Source of the DNA: an uncultured Lichenihabitans sp.
Lineage (GTDB): Bacteria; Pseudomonadota; Alphaproteobacteria; Rhizobiales; Beijerinckiaceae
NCBI GenBank assembly: GCA_964243405.1
Contig: CAXTFJ010000005.1
Span: 9,882-73,881 of the forward strand
DNA: 64,000 bases
Direction of reading: 5' to 3'
In this document: piece by piece, positions 28,422 through 38,013 of the stretch
Layout: each line of letters opens with the position of its first letter
Numbering within the stretch: position 1 is the stretch's first letter
Made by a program: the position numbers and the translations under genes
Notes under the pieces: model-generated
Seen by the model: the letters and a program-made list of their open reading frames with translations, nothing else
What the model was told of the DNA's origin: nothing
Database searches by the model: none

Positions 28422-29574
28422 TCGTCTGCTGCCAGGCTTCACGCCAATCGTGGGCGGTATGCTCCTCGTAGCTCGTGTTCCCCCAGAAGCCGGCGTAGAT
28501 CTTGAAGCGGTCCGAGTTGTAGAGCGCCTTCAGGTCGCTGATATCCCTGCGATATTGCGTGACGCCGGCGCTCGACTCGATCAGCACGTTGCCGCCCGGC
28601 ACCGTGATGCCCATCGGCACGCTCTTGCCGTCCAGCCAGTCCCTCGCGAACTTGGCGAGCGCGTAGCACATTGGTTCGAACGGGAGGACCAGCCCGGCCC
28701 GCAGGACGCTGCCCTTCTCGATCAGCGAAAGCTCGGCCTCGGTCGGGTTGCCGACCGACATGTAGATGTCGTCGCCCGTCTTGCCCGCCGCCTCCATGGC
28801 GCCCACGGCGCCGCCCATGACGTCGAACGGCCCCACCACGACGTTGAGGTCGGGATAGCGCTGCAGCAGCGTGCTCATGGTGGCGTAGCCGCCATCCGGC
28901 GTGGCGGCTTGCGGGGTTTCGTCGGCGACGAGCTTGATCCCGGCCTGCGCGAAGGCTTCGCGCACCGCCGCGTCGCGCGGCAGCAGGAAGGCGGTCCTGG
29001 CGTTGTTGAGATAGGCGACCCGAGGGTTTCCGCCGCCCTTCTCCCTGATCCACTTGATCGCGGCCTGGGCCTGCCGCGTTCCGGCCGCCGTCTGGCTGCC
29101 GTTGATCTGCATGGTGCAGGGATAGCCCGCGACGTTGGCGCAATTGATGCTCGCATCGAGAGCGCGTCGCAGCATCGGCGCCTCGGCTTCGAGGTTGGTG
29201 ACAAAGGAATAGAACAAGCCCACGCCGCGGTTCAGCAGCAGCGTCCCTTGCTCGACCACGCTTTCGGCCGTGCCGTTGCCCGCGGCGCTGATGAAGTCGA
29301 GGCCCCAGTCCTGCGCACCCTGGCGGATGGCGTCGTTGATCGACTTGTTCAGCCCTTCGGGCGTCGGGCTGAGTGCGCCGACCCGCGCCGGCAGACCCTG
29401 GGGCGCCTTGCCTCCGGGGCGGTTCGGGTCGAAAGGTCGGAGCATGATCGGAGGGTCGGCCCAGGCCAGTCCGCCGCCCATCGACGCGAGCGAAACGCCG
29501 AGCGCCGCAGCGCCCGCTCCGGCCAGGAGATCGCGCCGCGACGGAGGATAGGGTGATCCGCGCCCGAGCTTCAT
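28414..29574 (-). CDS. Sugar-type (periplasmic binding protein class I) substrate-binding protein with Tat signal
   Basis: SRRDLLA twin-arginine signal; context beside the RbsC-like permease. Confidence 0.8.
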   Translation of the reverse strand: MKLGRGSPYPPSRRDLLAGAGAAALGVSLASMGGGLAWADPPIMLRPFDPNRPGGKAPQGLPARVGALSPTPEGLNKSINDAIRQGAQDWGLDFISAAGNGTAESVVEQGTLLLNRGVGLFYSFVTNLEAEAPMLRRALDASINCANVAGYPCTMQINGSQTAAGTRQAQAAIKWIREKGGGNPRVAYLNNARTAFLLPRDAAVREAFAQAGIKLVADETPQAATPDGGYATMSTLLQRYPDLNVVVGPFDVMGGAVGAMEAAGKTGDDIYMSVGNPTEAELSLIEKGSVLRAGLVLPFEPMCYALAKFARDWLDGKSVPMGITVPGGNVLIESSAGVTQYRRDISDLKALYNSDRFKIYAGFWGNTSYEEHTAHDWREAWQQTNV

Positions 29575-29656
29575 GCCACTCTCCCTCACCAATCACAGCC
29601 GATAGCGCGACCGCTTCGCGTGACCGCTGCAGAATAGTTTGCAAGATTGAGGCCGA

Positions 29657-30574
29657 ATGACAAAAGCCGCAACGGAAATTGTCGGAACGGACGGACAGCT
29701 CCCGGTTGAAGACTGGCTGCGCCAGGTGAGCGGCGGCCGTTCCCTGTCGCGCTCGACCCACGACGTGTTGCAGGCCGCGATCAGCAATCCGGAGATCGCA
29801 TCCTACGCCTCGGCTGCGGACCTCGCGAAGGTGGCCGGAGTGAATGTCGCGACCGTGACGCGGGCCGCCCAGGCGATCGGCTTCAGCGGCTGGCCGGACC
29901 TGCGTCAGGAGATCAGGGCCCGCTATCTCGGCACCTTGAGCGCCCCGGAGGTCGCCACCGTGCACGGGTCCCGCTCCACGGGACGCCCGTTCGACGATGC
30001 GCTGAGCCGCCACATCGAGGCCCTGAACGCGATCCGCAAAACGCTCGACCGTCGCGCGGTGCAACACTTCGCCCGCGCGATGGCGGCGGCGGACCGGCGC
30101 CTCATCGTGGCCTCGGGCAGCTTCGTGGCGGTCGCCAAGGTCCTGGCCCACAACGCGAGCCTCGCGGGCTACCGCTGCGACCTGCTCGACGACCCGGCGA
30201 CGGTCGCCAACGCCATCGCCGACCTCGGGCCGTCCGACGTGCTGGTCGCGGTCACGTTCTGGCGCCTGTTCAACGCGACGATCACCGCGGCGCGGCAGGC
30301 GCGGGCGCGGGGCGCCACGGTCTGCGTGCTGTCCGACCGAGCGAAATCGCCGATGGCCGACCTCGCCCACCACCTGCTCGTGGTGCCGGCCGAGGGCACG
30401 TCATTCTTTCCCTCGCCGGTGCCGGGCCTGGCGGTGGTCGACGGACTGTGCGCCGAGCTCGGCACCCTCGACGCCGCCCGCACCGCCCGGTCGATCGCCG
30501 CCGCGGAAGCGCAGTGGCAGGCCTTCGACCTCCTCCACTTCAACGCGAGGGAGCGCTCGCGGGAGGACGGCTAG
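29657..30574 (+). CDS. MurR/RpiR-family regulator (HTH + SIS)
   Basis: SAADLAKVAGVNVATVTRAAQAIGFSGWPDL plus SIS-like C-terminal half. Confidence 0.9.
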   Translation: MTKAATEIVGTDGQLPVEDWLRQVSGGRSLSRSTHDVLQAAISNPEIASYASAADLAKVAGVNVATVTRAAQAIGFSGWPDLRQEIRARYLGTLSAPEVATVHGSRSTGRPFDDALSRHIEALNAIRKTLDRRAVQHFARAMAAADRRLIVASGSFVAVAKVLAHNASLAGYRCDLLDDPATVANAIADLGPSDVLVAVTFWRLFNATITAARQARARGATVCVLSDRAKSPMADLAHHLLVVPAEGTSFFPSPVPGLAVVDGLCAELGTLDAARTARSIAAAEAQWQAFDLLHFNARERSREDG

Positions 30575-31373
30575 CATCCTTGCCGGCCAGGATGTCGCCG
30601 ACGGCTTCCGCGAAGGCCCGCGGCTCTTCCATCATGAGGAAATGGCCGACGTTGTCGATCGTGCGAATGGTGATGCGGTCGCGGTACCGGGCTTCCGCGG
30701 CCTCCTTCAAGAACAGGCGGGCGTTGACGACCGACACCGGGACGCGGCACCGGGCGAGGCTGCCTTCGAGGTCCCAGCGGAGGAACGCCTCCATCGCCGG
30801 TATCGCGAAATCCGGCCGCGCAGCGGCCATGACGTCCGCGACGTAGGTGGCGAGACCCGCATCCCATTCCTCGCGAAGATAGGCCCTGATCATCGTCCGG
30901 ACGGTGGGCGGGAAGTTCTCGCGGTAGGGCGGCAGCGCGGACGAGATGATCGCCTCGTCGACGCGCTCGTAGAATTCTGGGTGGGTTAGGCTTTCGCAGC
31001 CGATCACCCCCACCACCCGGTCCGGGCAAAGCGCCGCGACCTCGAGCGCCACCGCGCCGCCCATGGAATGGCCGATCAGCGTGACGCCGCGCAGGTCGAG
31101 GCGCTCGATCACGGCCCGGACGTCGCGGGCGAAGTCCCCCATCGTCCAGTCGCGGGTCCCGGCGGTGGACGACCCGAAGCCCGCGAGATCCAGCGATACC
31201 ACCCGGCCGTGCCGCGCCAGAAAGGGGATCGTGCCGTCCCACAGGGTCTGGATGCAGGCCCAGTCCGGCAACAGCACGAGCGCCGGTCCCGACCCGGCGT
31301 AGTCGCGGTAGGCGATCGCCGCGCCGTCGAACGAGGCCACGGTTTCCATCTGCGGGCTCTGGACAGGACTCAT
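30540..31373 (-). CDS. Alpha/beta-fold hydrolase
   Basis: LDLAGFG, GHSMGG nucleophile elbow and GHFLMMEEP. Confidence 0.9.
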   Translation of the reverse strand: MSPVQSPQMETVASFDGAAIAYRDYAGSGPALVLLPDWACIQTLWDGTIPFLARHGRVVSLDLAGFGSSTAGTRDWTMGDFARDVRAVIERLDLRGVTLIGHSMGGAVALEVAALCPDRVVGVIGCESLTHPEFYERVDEAIISSALPPYRENFPPTVRTMIRAYLREEWDAGLATYVADVMAAARPDFAIPAMEAFLRWDLEGSLARCRVPVSVVNARLFLKEAAEARYRDRITIRTIDNVGHFLMMEEPRAFAEAVGDILAGKDASRPPASAPSR

Positions 31374-31420
31374 GGGGTCACCTCCTCTTGCTGACGGTCC
31401 CTCTCCGAGGTGCCGGCGTG

Positions 31421-32422
31421 TCAAACCAGCTGGAAGCCGTGCGCGAGCGGATCGCGGTCGTCGACGTAGATCGTGTTGTGGCCGGTGACCTGGGCCCAGC
31501 CCGCCACGCTCGGCAGGATCGCCTCCCGGCCGCCGACGTCGGCAGCCCCTTCAACTCGGCAGTCGAACAACGTGCCGATGATGCTCTCGTGGATGAAGGC
31601 GTCGCCGACCGCGAGGCGCCCCTTGGCCACGAGTTGCGCCATGCGGGCCGACGACCCCGTTCCACAGGGGGAGCGGTCGATCGCCTTGTCGCCGTAGAAG
31701 ACCGCGTTGCGGGCCTGGGCCCTCGGGTGCCGGGGTTCGTCGCACCACATCACGTGGCTCACGCCGCGGATGCGGGCATCTTCCGGGTGGACCGGCGCGA
31801 GCTTGGCCTCGGCCGCGGCCCGAACGAGCGGGCTGAGGCGGAGGATCTCGCCGGCCGGCATGGCGTCGAGACCCGTCCAGGCACGCTGCGGCTCGACGAT
31901 CACGTAGTAATTGCCGCCGTAGGACAGGTCGACCGTCAGCGCACCGAGGCCCGGCACGTCGAGCTGCACTTCGGCCGCGTGCAGATAGCTCGCGACATTG
32001 AACAGTCGGACCTGGTCGACGCGGGACCCGGTTTGCGCGTATTCGACCACCACTCGACCGGCCGGAGCCTCGATCGCCAGGCGGCCGGGTTCCCGCGGCG
32101 TGACGAGGCCCTCCTCGATCACCGTCGTGACCGTGCCGATCGTGCCGTGCCCGCACATGGGCAGGCATCCGCTGACCTCGATGAAGAGGACGCCAAGGTC
32201 GCAATCGTCGCGCGACGGCGGGTAAAGGATCGAGCCGGACATGACGTCGTGCCCCCGCGGTTCGAACATCAGCGCTCGGCGGACCCAGTCGTGGTCGCGC
32301 AGGAAGATCTGGCGCTTCTCGGCCATGGGCACGTTCGGCAGCAGCGGGCCGCCGCCCGCCACGACCCGGACGGGATTGCCGCAAGTGTGGGCGTCGACGC
32401 AGAAAAAGGTGTGGCGGGCCAT
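31421..32422 (-). CDS. 4-hydroxyproline epimerase (proline racemase family)
   Basis: DAHTCGNP, EPRGH, MCGHGTIG and DRSPCGTG; the Cys/Cys pair is intact. Confidence 0.93.
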   Translation of the reverse strand: MARHTFFCVDAHTCGNPVRVVAGGGPLLPNVPMAEKRQIFLRDHDWVRRALMFEPRGHDVMSGSILYPPSRDDCDLGVLFIEVSGCLPMCGHGTIGTVTTVIEEGLVTPREPGRLAIEAPAGRVVVEYAQTGSRVDQVRLFNVASYLHAAEVQLDVPGLGALTVDLSYGGNYYVIVEPQRAWTGLDAMPAGEILRLSPLVRAAAEAKLAPVHPEDARIRGVSHVMWCDEPRHPRAQARNAVFYGDKAIDRSPCGTGSSARMAQLVAKGRLAVGDAFIHESIIGTLFDCRVEGAADVGGREAILPSVAGWAQVTGHNTIYVDDRDPLAHGFQLV

Positions 32423-32438
32423 CGTGCCTCGGGCGGGT

Positions 32439-33713
32439 TCAGCGGAAACGGTCAATCGAATAGGGGGCGAGGTCGATCGCGGGCGGGCGCCCGGCGACGA
32501 GGTCGGCGACGAGCCGGCCCGTGGTCGCGGCCTGGGTCAGGCCGAGGTGGCCGTGACCGAACGCGTAGACCACGCCCGGGTTGGACGGCGAGGGGCCGAT
32601 CACCGGCAGGCTGTCGGGCGTCGCCGGGCGGTGCCCCGCCCAGGCGGTGCCGCCCGCCGTCCTGAGACCGGGCAGGTAGCGCTGGGCCAGCGTCGCGAGC
32701 GCGCGGGAGCGGCGGTGATCGGCAGGAGCGTCCAGGCCGCCGAACTCGGCCGAGCCACCGACGCGCAGGCCGCAGCTCAAGGGTGTCGCCACGAACTTGC
32801 GTTCGGCGAAGATCACCTCGCGCCCGAGCGCGACGCCGGGGTCGGGCAGCGTCGTGTTGTAGCCGCGCTCGCTTTCGAGGAGCACGGGATCGCCGACCTG
32901 CCGGGCCAGCAGCCCCGACCAGGCGCCCGCCGCGATCACGATCCGCTCCGCCGCCAGCGTTTCGCCATCCCGGAGCTCCAGGTGGACTCTGCCGCCGTCG
33001 GGGGCGAGCACGCGGTCGACGGTGCCGGCCACGACCGCGGCGCCGTTCCGCCTGAGCCAGCCTCGCAAGGCCTCGACGAGGCGGCGGGGATCGCTCACGT
33101 GCGACCATTGCGGCGTGAACACGGCGCGCCGGACGATGGGCCCGAGCGCCGGCTCGAGAGCGCGGGCCGCCTCGCCCGTCATCGGCTCGACCGCGATCCC
33201 GAAGGAGCGCTTGAGGTCCCAATCGGCGGTGTCGCGCTCAAACCCGCGTTCGCTCTCATAGACGGTCAGCGCGCCCACCCGGTGCAACTCGCCCGATACG
33301 CCGGCTTCCGCCAGCATGGGCAGGAGGTCGTCGTAGGTCCGGGCGTTCAGCGCCGAAAGCGCCGCCGCGATCCGCCTCGCTTCGCCGGGCCGGGCGGCCT
33401 TCGCGAAGCGGATCAGCCAGGGCAGGAGCTTGGGCGCGTGGCGCGGGCGGACTGCCAACGGTCCGAGCGGATCGAACATCCAGCCCGGCAGGCGCCAAGC
33501 CAAGCCGGGCGCCGAGATGGGGCTCACCTCGGTGACCGCGATACCACCGGCGTTGCCGAACGAAGCCTTGTCGCCGTCCGGATCGCGGTCGACCACCATC
33601 ACGGCGGCGCCGGCCCGCCGGAGGTGGTAGGCCGTCGCCAGGCCGACGATCCCGGCGCCGACCACGATGACCGAGAGTTCCCCCACAAGAAGCGCCCGAG
33701 AAGGTTGCGTCAC
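32439..33713 (-). CDS. FAD-dependent D-amino-acid dehydrogenase (probable cis-4-hydroxy-D-proline dehydrogenase)
   Basis: GAGIVG, ASFGNAG, GHRPATPD and FGHGHLGLT; adjacent to the epimerase. Start uncertain. Confidence 0.85.
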   Translation of the reverse strand: MTQPSRALLVGELSVIVVGAGIVGLATAYHLRRAGAAVMVVDRDPDGDKASFGNAGGIAVTEVSPISAPGLAWRLPGWMFDPLGPLAVRPRHAPKLLPWLIRFAKAARPGEARRIAAALSALNARTYDDLLPMLAEAGVSGELHRVGALTVYESERGFERDTADWDLKRSFGIAVEPMTGEAARALEPALGPIVRRAVFTPQWSHVSDPRRLVEALRGWLRRNGAAVVAGTVDRVLAPDGGRVHLELRDGETLAAERIVIAAGAWSGLLARQVGDPVLLESERGYNTTLPDPGVALGREVIFAERKFVATPLSCGLRVGGSAEFGGLDAPADHRRSRALATLAQRYLPGLRTAGGTAWAGHRPATPDSLPVIGPSPSNPGVVYAFGHGHLGLTQAATTGRLVADLVAGRPPAIDLAPYSIDRFR

Positions 33714-33724
33714 GCGATGATACA

Positions 33725-33738
33725 GTAGATTGGATACA
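33725..33738. promoter_or_regulatory. Candidate GntR operator, copy 1 (GTAGATTGGATACA)
   Basis: 13/14 identical to 34578..34591; lies upstream of the dehydrogenase-epimerase unit. Confidence 0.6.
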
Positions 33739-33773
33739 AAGCTAGCCCGCGTTTTGCTTCGCTCGCGGTTCCG

Positions 33774-34463
33774 TCAGCCCGCTCGACGGTGCTCCCGCAG
33801 CGCCGCCGCCAGCGCCCGGCCGGCCTTGAGGATGTGTTTGCGCAAGGAGGAAACGGCGGCCTTTGCGTCGCCGGCCTCGCAAAGACGCAGCAACTCGCGG
33901 TGCTCGGACTCGGCTTCCGCGACCGCGCCGGGCCCCGTGATCTGCAATTGCAGGCGGATGTAGCGGTCGGTCTTCAGGTTGACAGCCTGGATGAGGCCGA
34001 GGGTCTGGACGCGGCCGGCCCCCTCGTAGAGGCTGCGGTGGAACGCCCAGTTCAGCGCCCCCCAGCGGGCCACGTCTCCCCGTTCGTAGGCGTCTTCGAG
34101 CTGCGTGAGGACCTCCCTCGACGCGGCAGCGTGCTCGGCCGTCAGGCGAGGAATGGCGTGGGCCAGGACCTCGCATTCGAGGATCGCGCGCAACTCGAAC
34201 AATTCGCTGATCTCCTCGATCGGCAGGGCGGTGACGATCGCGCCCTTGTGCGTGTGCATGGCCACGAGGCCGGCCGCCTCGAGTTGGCGCAGGGCTTCGC
34301 GGACCGGCATGCGGCTGACGTCGTACTGCTCGGCCAGCATCTCCTGGACGAGCGGGTCGCCCTCCTTGAACTCCCCGTTCAGGATGCGCTCCTGTAACGA
34401 TTGCGCCAGCGTTTCGGGGAGGCTCTGCCGCTTGATCCTCAGGCGCGACCGTTCGTTGAGCAT
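33774..34463 (-). CDS. GntR/FCD regulator of the hydroxyproline unit
   Basis: LAEQYDVSRMPVREALRQLE and LNWAFHRSLY. Confidence 0.92.
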   Translation of the reverse strand: MLNERSRLRIKRQSLPETLAQSLQERILNGEFKEGDPLVQEMLAEQYDVSRMPVREALRQLEAAGLVAMHTHKGAIVTALPIEEISELFELRAILECEVLAHAIPRLTAEHAAASREVLTQLEDAYERGDVARWGALNWAFHRSLYEGAGRVQTLGLIQAVNLKTDRYIRLQLQITGPGAVAEAESEHRELLRLCEAGDAKAAVSSLRKHILKAGRALAAALREHRRAG

Positions 34464-34577
34464 CGCTCGCCTTCGTTCGCCGGAGCATCGCGCCCGACCT
34501 TGTGGACCGTCTGGCAGAGTAGCATCGACACCGGGCCGATGTCACTCGCTGACGATGGACGAAGCAGCCCGGCGACT

Positions 34578-34591
34578 GTAGATTGGATCCA
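34578..34591. promoter_or_regulatory. Candidate GntR operator, copy 2 (GTAGATTGGATCCA)
   Basis: Second copy of the motif, upstream of the DapA-like gene. Confidence 0.6.
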
Positions 34592-34625
34592 TAAATGCAT
34601 TGCCTACCGCTTAGAGGATCATGAG

Positions 34626-35534
34626 ATGACTACCTGGACAGGGGTGTTTCCGGCCGTTACCACCAAGATGACCCGCGACGGCGCGGTTGACCTGGAAGCC
34701 ACGCGATCAAGCGTCGACCGCCTCATCCGTAACGGCGTGTCAGGCGTGATCATGCTGCCGATGCTGGGCGAAAACGCGTCCCTCACCATGGCCGAGCGGG
34801 AATCCGTGCTGCGAGCCGCAGTCGAGGTCGCGGAGGAGCGCGTCCCCGTGCTGTCGGGGCTGGCCGAGATCACTCACGATACGGCCCGGGCGCACGCCCG
34901 CGCCTACCAGGACTTCGGCGCGCAGGGCCTGATGGTCTTCCCGAGCCTCGGCTACAAGACCGACCCGCGCGAAACCGCGGCCTGGTACAAGGGCATCGCG
35001 GAGGCGAGCGACCTGCCGATCATGATCTACAACAACCCGCTCGCCTACGGCGTCGACGTGACGCCGGCGGTGCTCGACGCCCTCGCCGACGTGCCGCGGA
35101 TCGTCTGCATCAAAGAGGAAACCGGAGACATCCGCCGGGTCACGGACATCTTCGTCGCGTGCGGGACGCGCTTCAGTGTTTTCTGCGGCGTGGACGACCT
35201 CATCGTGGAGAGCCTCGCGCTCGGCGCGACGGGTTGGGTGTCGGGCATGGCGAATGCGTGGCCGGCCGAGTGCGTGGAGTTGTTCACGCTGTGCCAACGG
35301 AACGACTACGAGGCGGCGCGCGCGCTCTACCGTGTCCTGACGCCGTCCTTCCACCTGGATACGCACGTCAAGCTGGTCCAATACATCAAATTGGCGGAGC
35401 ACCTCGTTTATGGCGCGCCGGAACACACCCGGGCCCCGCGCCTGGCGCTGATCGGCGAGGAGCGCGAAGCCGTCGCGAACACGGTCCGCGCCGCGATCGC
35501 GGCCCTCGCCGCCCGGGCCGGCAGCCGATCTTGA
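34626..35534 (+). CDS. DapA-like protein (probable 1-pyrroline-4-hydroxy-2-carboxylate deaminase)
   Basis: GVFPAVTT, MLGE, IYNNP and CIKEETGD; context of epimerase plus dehydrogenase. Confidence 0.85.
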   Translation: MTTWTGVFPAVTTKMTRDGAVDLEATRSSVDRLIRNGVSGVIMLPMLGENASLTMAERESVLRAAVEVAEERVPVLSGLAEITHDTARAHARAYQDFGAQGLMVFPSLGYKTDPRETAAWYKGIAEASDLPIMIYNNPLAYGVDVTPAVLDALADVPRIVCIKEETGDIRRVTDIFVACGTRFSVFCGVDDLIVESLALGATGWVSGMANAWPAECVELFTLCQRNDYEAARALYRVLTPSFHLDTHVKLVQYIKLAEHLVYGAPEHTRAPRLALIGEEREAVANTVRAAIAALAARAGSRS

Positions 35535-35705
35535 AGTCGCCGCCCCGCAAACTGGGAGCGGACGTACGCTGTTGGGCGAGGCCCGAACTCGCCGACGTGA
35601 CGAACGGGGAGCGAAGCCGAACGTCGGCTTTCGGGCGCCATGCCAACGGCAGCTTTCCAATCCAACTTGGTCACCCGCCGCGGCGCTGGGCCGCCGCGGC
35701 CTTCC

Positions 35706-36040
35706 TCACGGGTCGGTCTGCTCCGACGAGGCCGGGGCATCGTCCACCTCGATGCCGACATGGCGAACGGTGCTCTCCAGCTTCGCGTGGCCGACCAGGA
35801 ACTGGCACGCCCGCAGGTTGCCCTGGCGCTTGTAGACCAGCGCCACCTTCGTTCGGCGCAGGCTGGGGGTGCCGTAGGCGGCCCGGTCCAGGCCGGCCAA
35901 CGCGACCCGGTCGTCGACGAGGCGGCCGTACCGGCACGGCTGCGGCTCGGGACCAGCCAGTCGGCCGAGCGCAGGCCGCGCTTCTTCAGCTACGCGGTGA
36001 GGGCGTCCCGTGTCGGGTCGGTCAGCTCGAAGGGCACGGG
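35706..36040 (-). pseudogene. Degraded tyrosine recombinase (C-terminal fragment)
   Basis: FELTDPTRDALTA*LKKRG... and YGTPSLRRTKVALVYKRQGNLRACQFLVGHAKLESTVRH in different frames; catalytic His and Tyr positions altered. Confidence 0.8.
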
Positions 36041-36167
36041 CTACGCTCTTACCCCGCGCGCTCGATTGCGACCCACTGGCCCGCGCCAAAATCTGCCCCT
36101 GGTTCGACGCCAGCTTGCCGACGGTCAGGCCCCAACCGACGGTCGGGCCGGAGTCGAGCCGACCTGG

Positions 36168-37127
36168 TCACGGCGCCATCGCTCGGCTGACGTTGCTGCC
36201 CTCGGCAAGGCTGTTCGGCATCAGAGTGGACCGCTTTTGGCCTATCAATTCGGCGACAAGTGTCACCGCCGCATCCATGTCGGTCCGGCGGTGCCGGACG
36301 AGGTGGAGCGAGACAGGAGCAATCGCGATGGGAACGGCGCGCGACGTCAGCCGCACGGCAGCGGTGCTGGCGATGACGGGCGCCGGAAAGGTGCCCACCA
36401 AGTCGGTGTGACACATGAGCTCCAGCGCGTGGAGGAAGGTGGGCGCGACGACGGCGACCCGCCGGCTGCGTCCGATGCGCGTCAGGGCCGCGTCCACCGA
36501 CCCTCGCGGGTCACCGCGGCCCGACACGACGACATGCGGAAACGCCAGCCAACGGTCGACGTCCAGGGTCTCGGCCACTGCCGCCGGATGATCGTGTCGC
36601 ATGAGCACCGCATAGGAAGAGGTGCCGAGCGGCTCGGTTCGCAGCGACGCGCCGAAAAAACGTGCGACGGTCACGACCAGGTCCACTTCGCCGCGCTCGA
36701 GCCGCTCGACCTCGTCGCCGGCGTGCCAGGGATGGAAGATCAGATCGATGCCCGGGGCCCGCTTCGCCAAGTCCACCGCCAGTGCAGCGCTCAGCGCGGC
36801 GGCGGGGACGTCGGGTGCGATCAGCCGCACGGCGCCGCGAAGGTCGGCCACGTCGGGCGGCTCGGCCGCAACGATGGCGGCCAGCTCGGCGAGAGCGGCT
36901 CGCAACGGGTCGCGCATCGCGTCGGCACGAGGTGTCCGACGAAGGCCGTTGGGCGGAGAGCGCACCAGCAGCGGGTCGTCGAACAATGTTCGCGCGCGTG
37001 CCAACGCGTTCGAGGCCGCCGGTTGGGACAACCCGAGCCGCTCCGCGGCCCGGCCGACATGCGCCTCATCAAGGAGCGTGTCGAGGATCACGAGCAGGTT
37101 GAGATCGACGTTGCGAAGCTTCACCAC
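36168..37127 (-). CDS. LysR-family regulator
   Basis: NVDLNLLVILDTLLDEAHVGRAAERLGLSQPAASNALAR. Confidence 0.93.
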   Translation of the reverse strand: MVKLRNVDLNLLVILDTLLDEAHVGRAAERLGLSQPAASNALARARTLFDDPLLVRSPPNGLRRTPRADAMRDPLRAALAELAAIVAAEPPDVADLRGAVRLIAPDVPAAALSAALAVDLAKRAPGIDLIFHPWHAGDEVERLERGEVDLVVTVARFFGASLRTEPLGTSSYAVLMRHDHPAAVAETLDVDRWLAFPHVVVSGRGDPRGSVDAALTRIGRSRRVAVVAPTFLHALELMCHTDLVGTFPAPVIASTAAVRLTSRAVPIAIAPVSLHLVRHRRTDMDAAVTLVAELIGQKRSTLMPNSLAEGSNVSRAMAP

Positions 37128-37207
37128 GTGAATGACGTATCATAAGAAAAATCATTTCGACAAATGTCCGCGGTGTCGCCACTTCGGTGCCGATCAGGAG
37201 ACCGCGC

Positions 37208-37789
37208 ATGACCACCGTGCTGCTGCTCGCGCATCCCGACTTCGGCGCCTCGCGCGCGAACCGTGCGTTGCTGTCCGGATTGGCCGATACGCCCGGCCTG
37301 GAAGTGACCGAGCTTTACGCGCTCTATCCCGATGGCCGGATCGACGAGCCGGTCGAACGCGAGCGGTTGCTTCGCGCCACCCGGCTGGTGTTCCAGTTTC
37401 CGCTGCAGTGGTATTCAACCCCCTCGCTGCTGAAGCAATGGGAAGACGCGGTCCTGACGCCGCTCTTCTACCTGCAGCCGGAGGTCGCCGCGTCGACGGC
37501 GGGCCTGCCGTTCTTCGCGGCGACCACGACGGGGGGACCGCAGGCAAGCTACCGGCCCGGCGGCACGGCCATGACGATCGACGAGCTGTTCGCGCCGTTG
37601 AAGGCGACGGCGCGCAAATGCGGCTGGACGCCGTTCGCCGTGCACGACGTGCGCAATCTCGACGACGCGTCGCTGGCGCGCGCGGGGAAGGATTACCGCT
37701 CCGCACTCCTGTCGACACCGATGCTCGAGCGGCGAGCCACGGGCGTGGAGCAAGGTTTCGGGGACGCCGCGGCGTTCTCATCAAGGTGA
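37208..37789 (+). CDS. NAD(P)H-dependent flavodoxin-fold oxidoreductase (KefF/MdaB-like)
   Basis: LLAHP, LVFQFPLQWYSTP and TTTGG. Confidence 0.85.
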   Translation: MTTVLLLAHPDFGASRANRALLSGLADTPGLEVTELYALYPDGRIDEPVERERLLRATRLVFQFPLQWYSTPSLLKQWEDAVLTPLFYLQPEVAASTAGLPFFAATTTGGPQASYRPGGTAMTIDELFAPLKATARKCGWTPFAVHDVRNLDDASLARAGKDYRSALLSTPMLERRATGVEQGFGDAAAFSSR

Positions 37790-37963
37790 CACGGCGCACG
37801 GTGCGGCGGTACGAGATCTCCATCGGGCAGGACGTGCTGGACGACCGCCGCCGGCGACTGGACCTGTTTCGGGGGCCTCCCCTCGTCGAGCATCTTCGCG
37901 GCGAGGGAAGAACCCGAGCTGCTGGCCGAGGACATTCGCGCCTTCTTCAGGACGCTGCGCTGA
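37786..37963 (+). pseudogene. Epoxide hydrolase remnant: N- and C-termini joined after an internal deletion
   Basis: YEISIGQDVLDDRRRRL (EHN-like start) followed, in another frame, by FAAREEPELLAEDIRAFFRTLR* (typical end). Confidence 0.7.
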
Positions 37964-38013
37964 CGCAGGGCCGGACCACACCCATGCCGCGAGGCGGCGA
38001 ACGGAGCAGACAC

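Noticed and set aside
30540-30574. 35-bp convergent overlap of RpiR and the hydrolase as antisense regulation
   Set aside because: Short 3' overlaps are common in GC-rich genomes; there is no further evidence.
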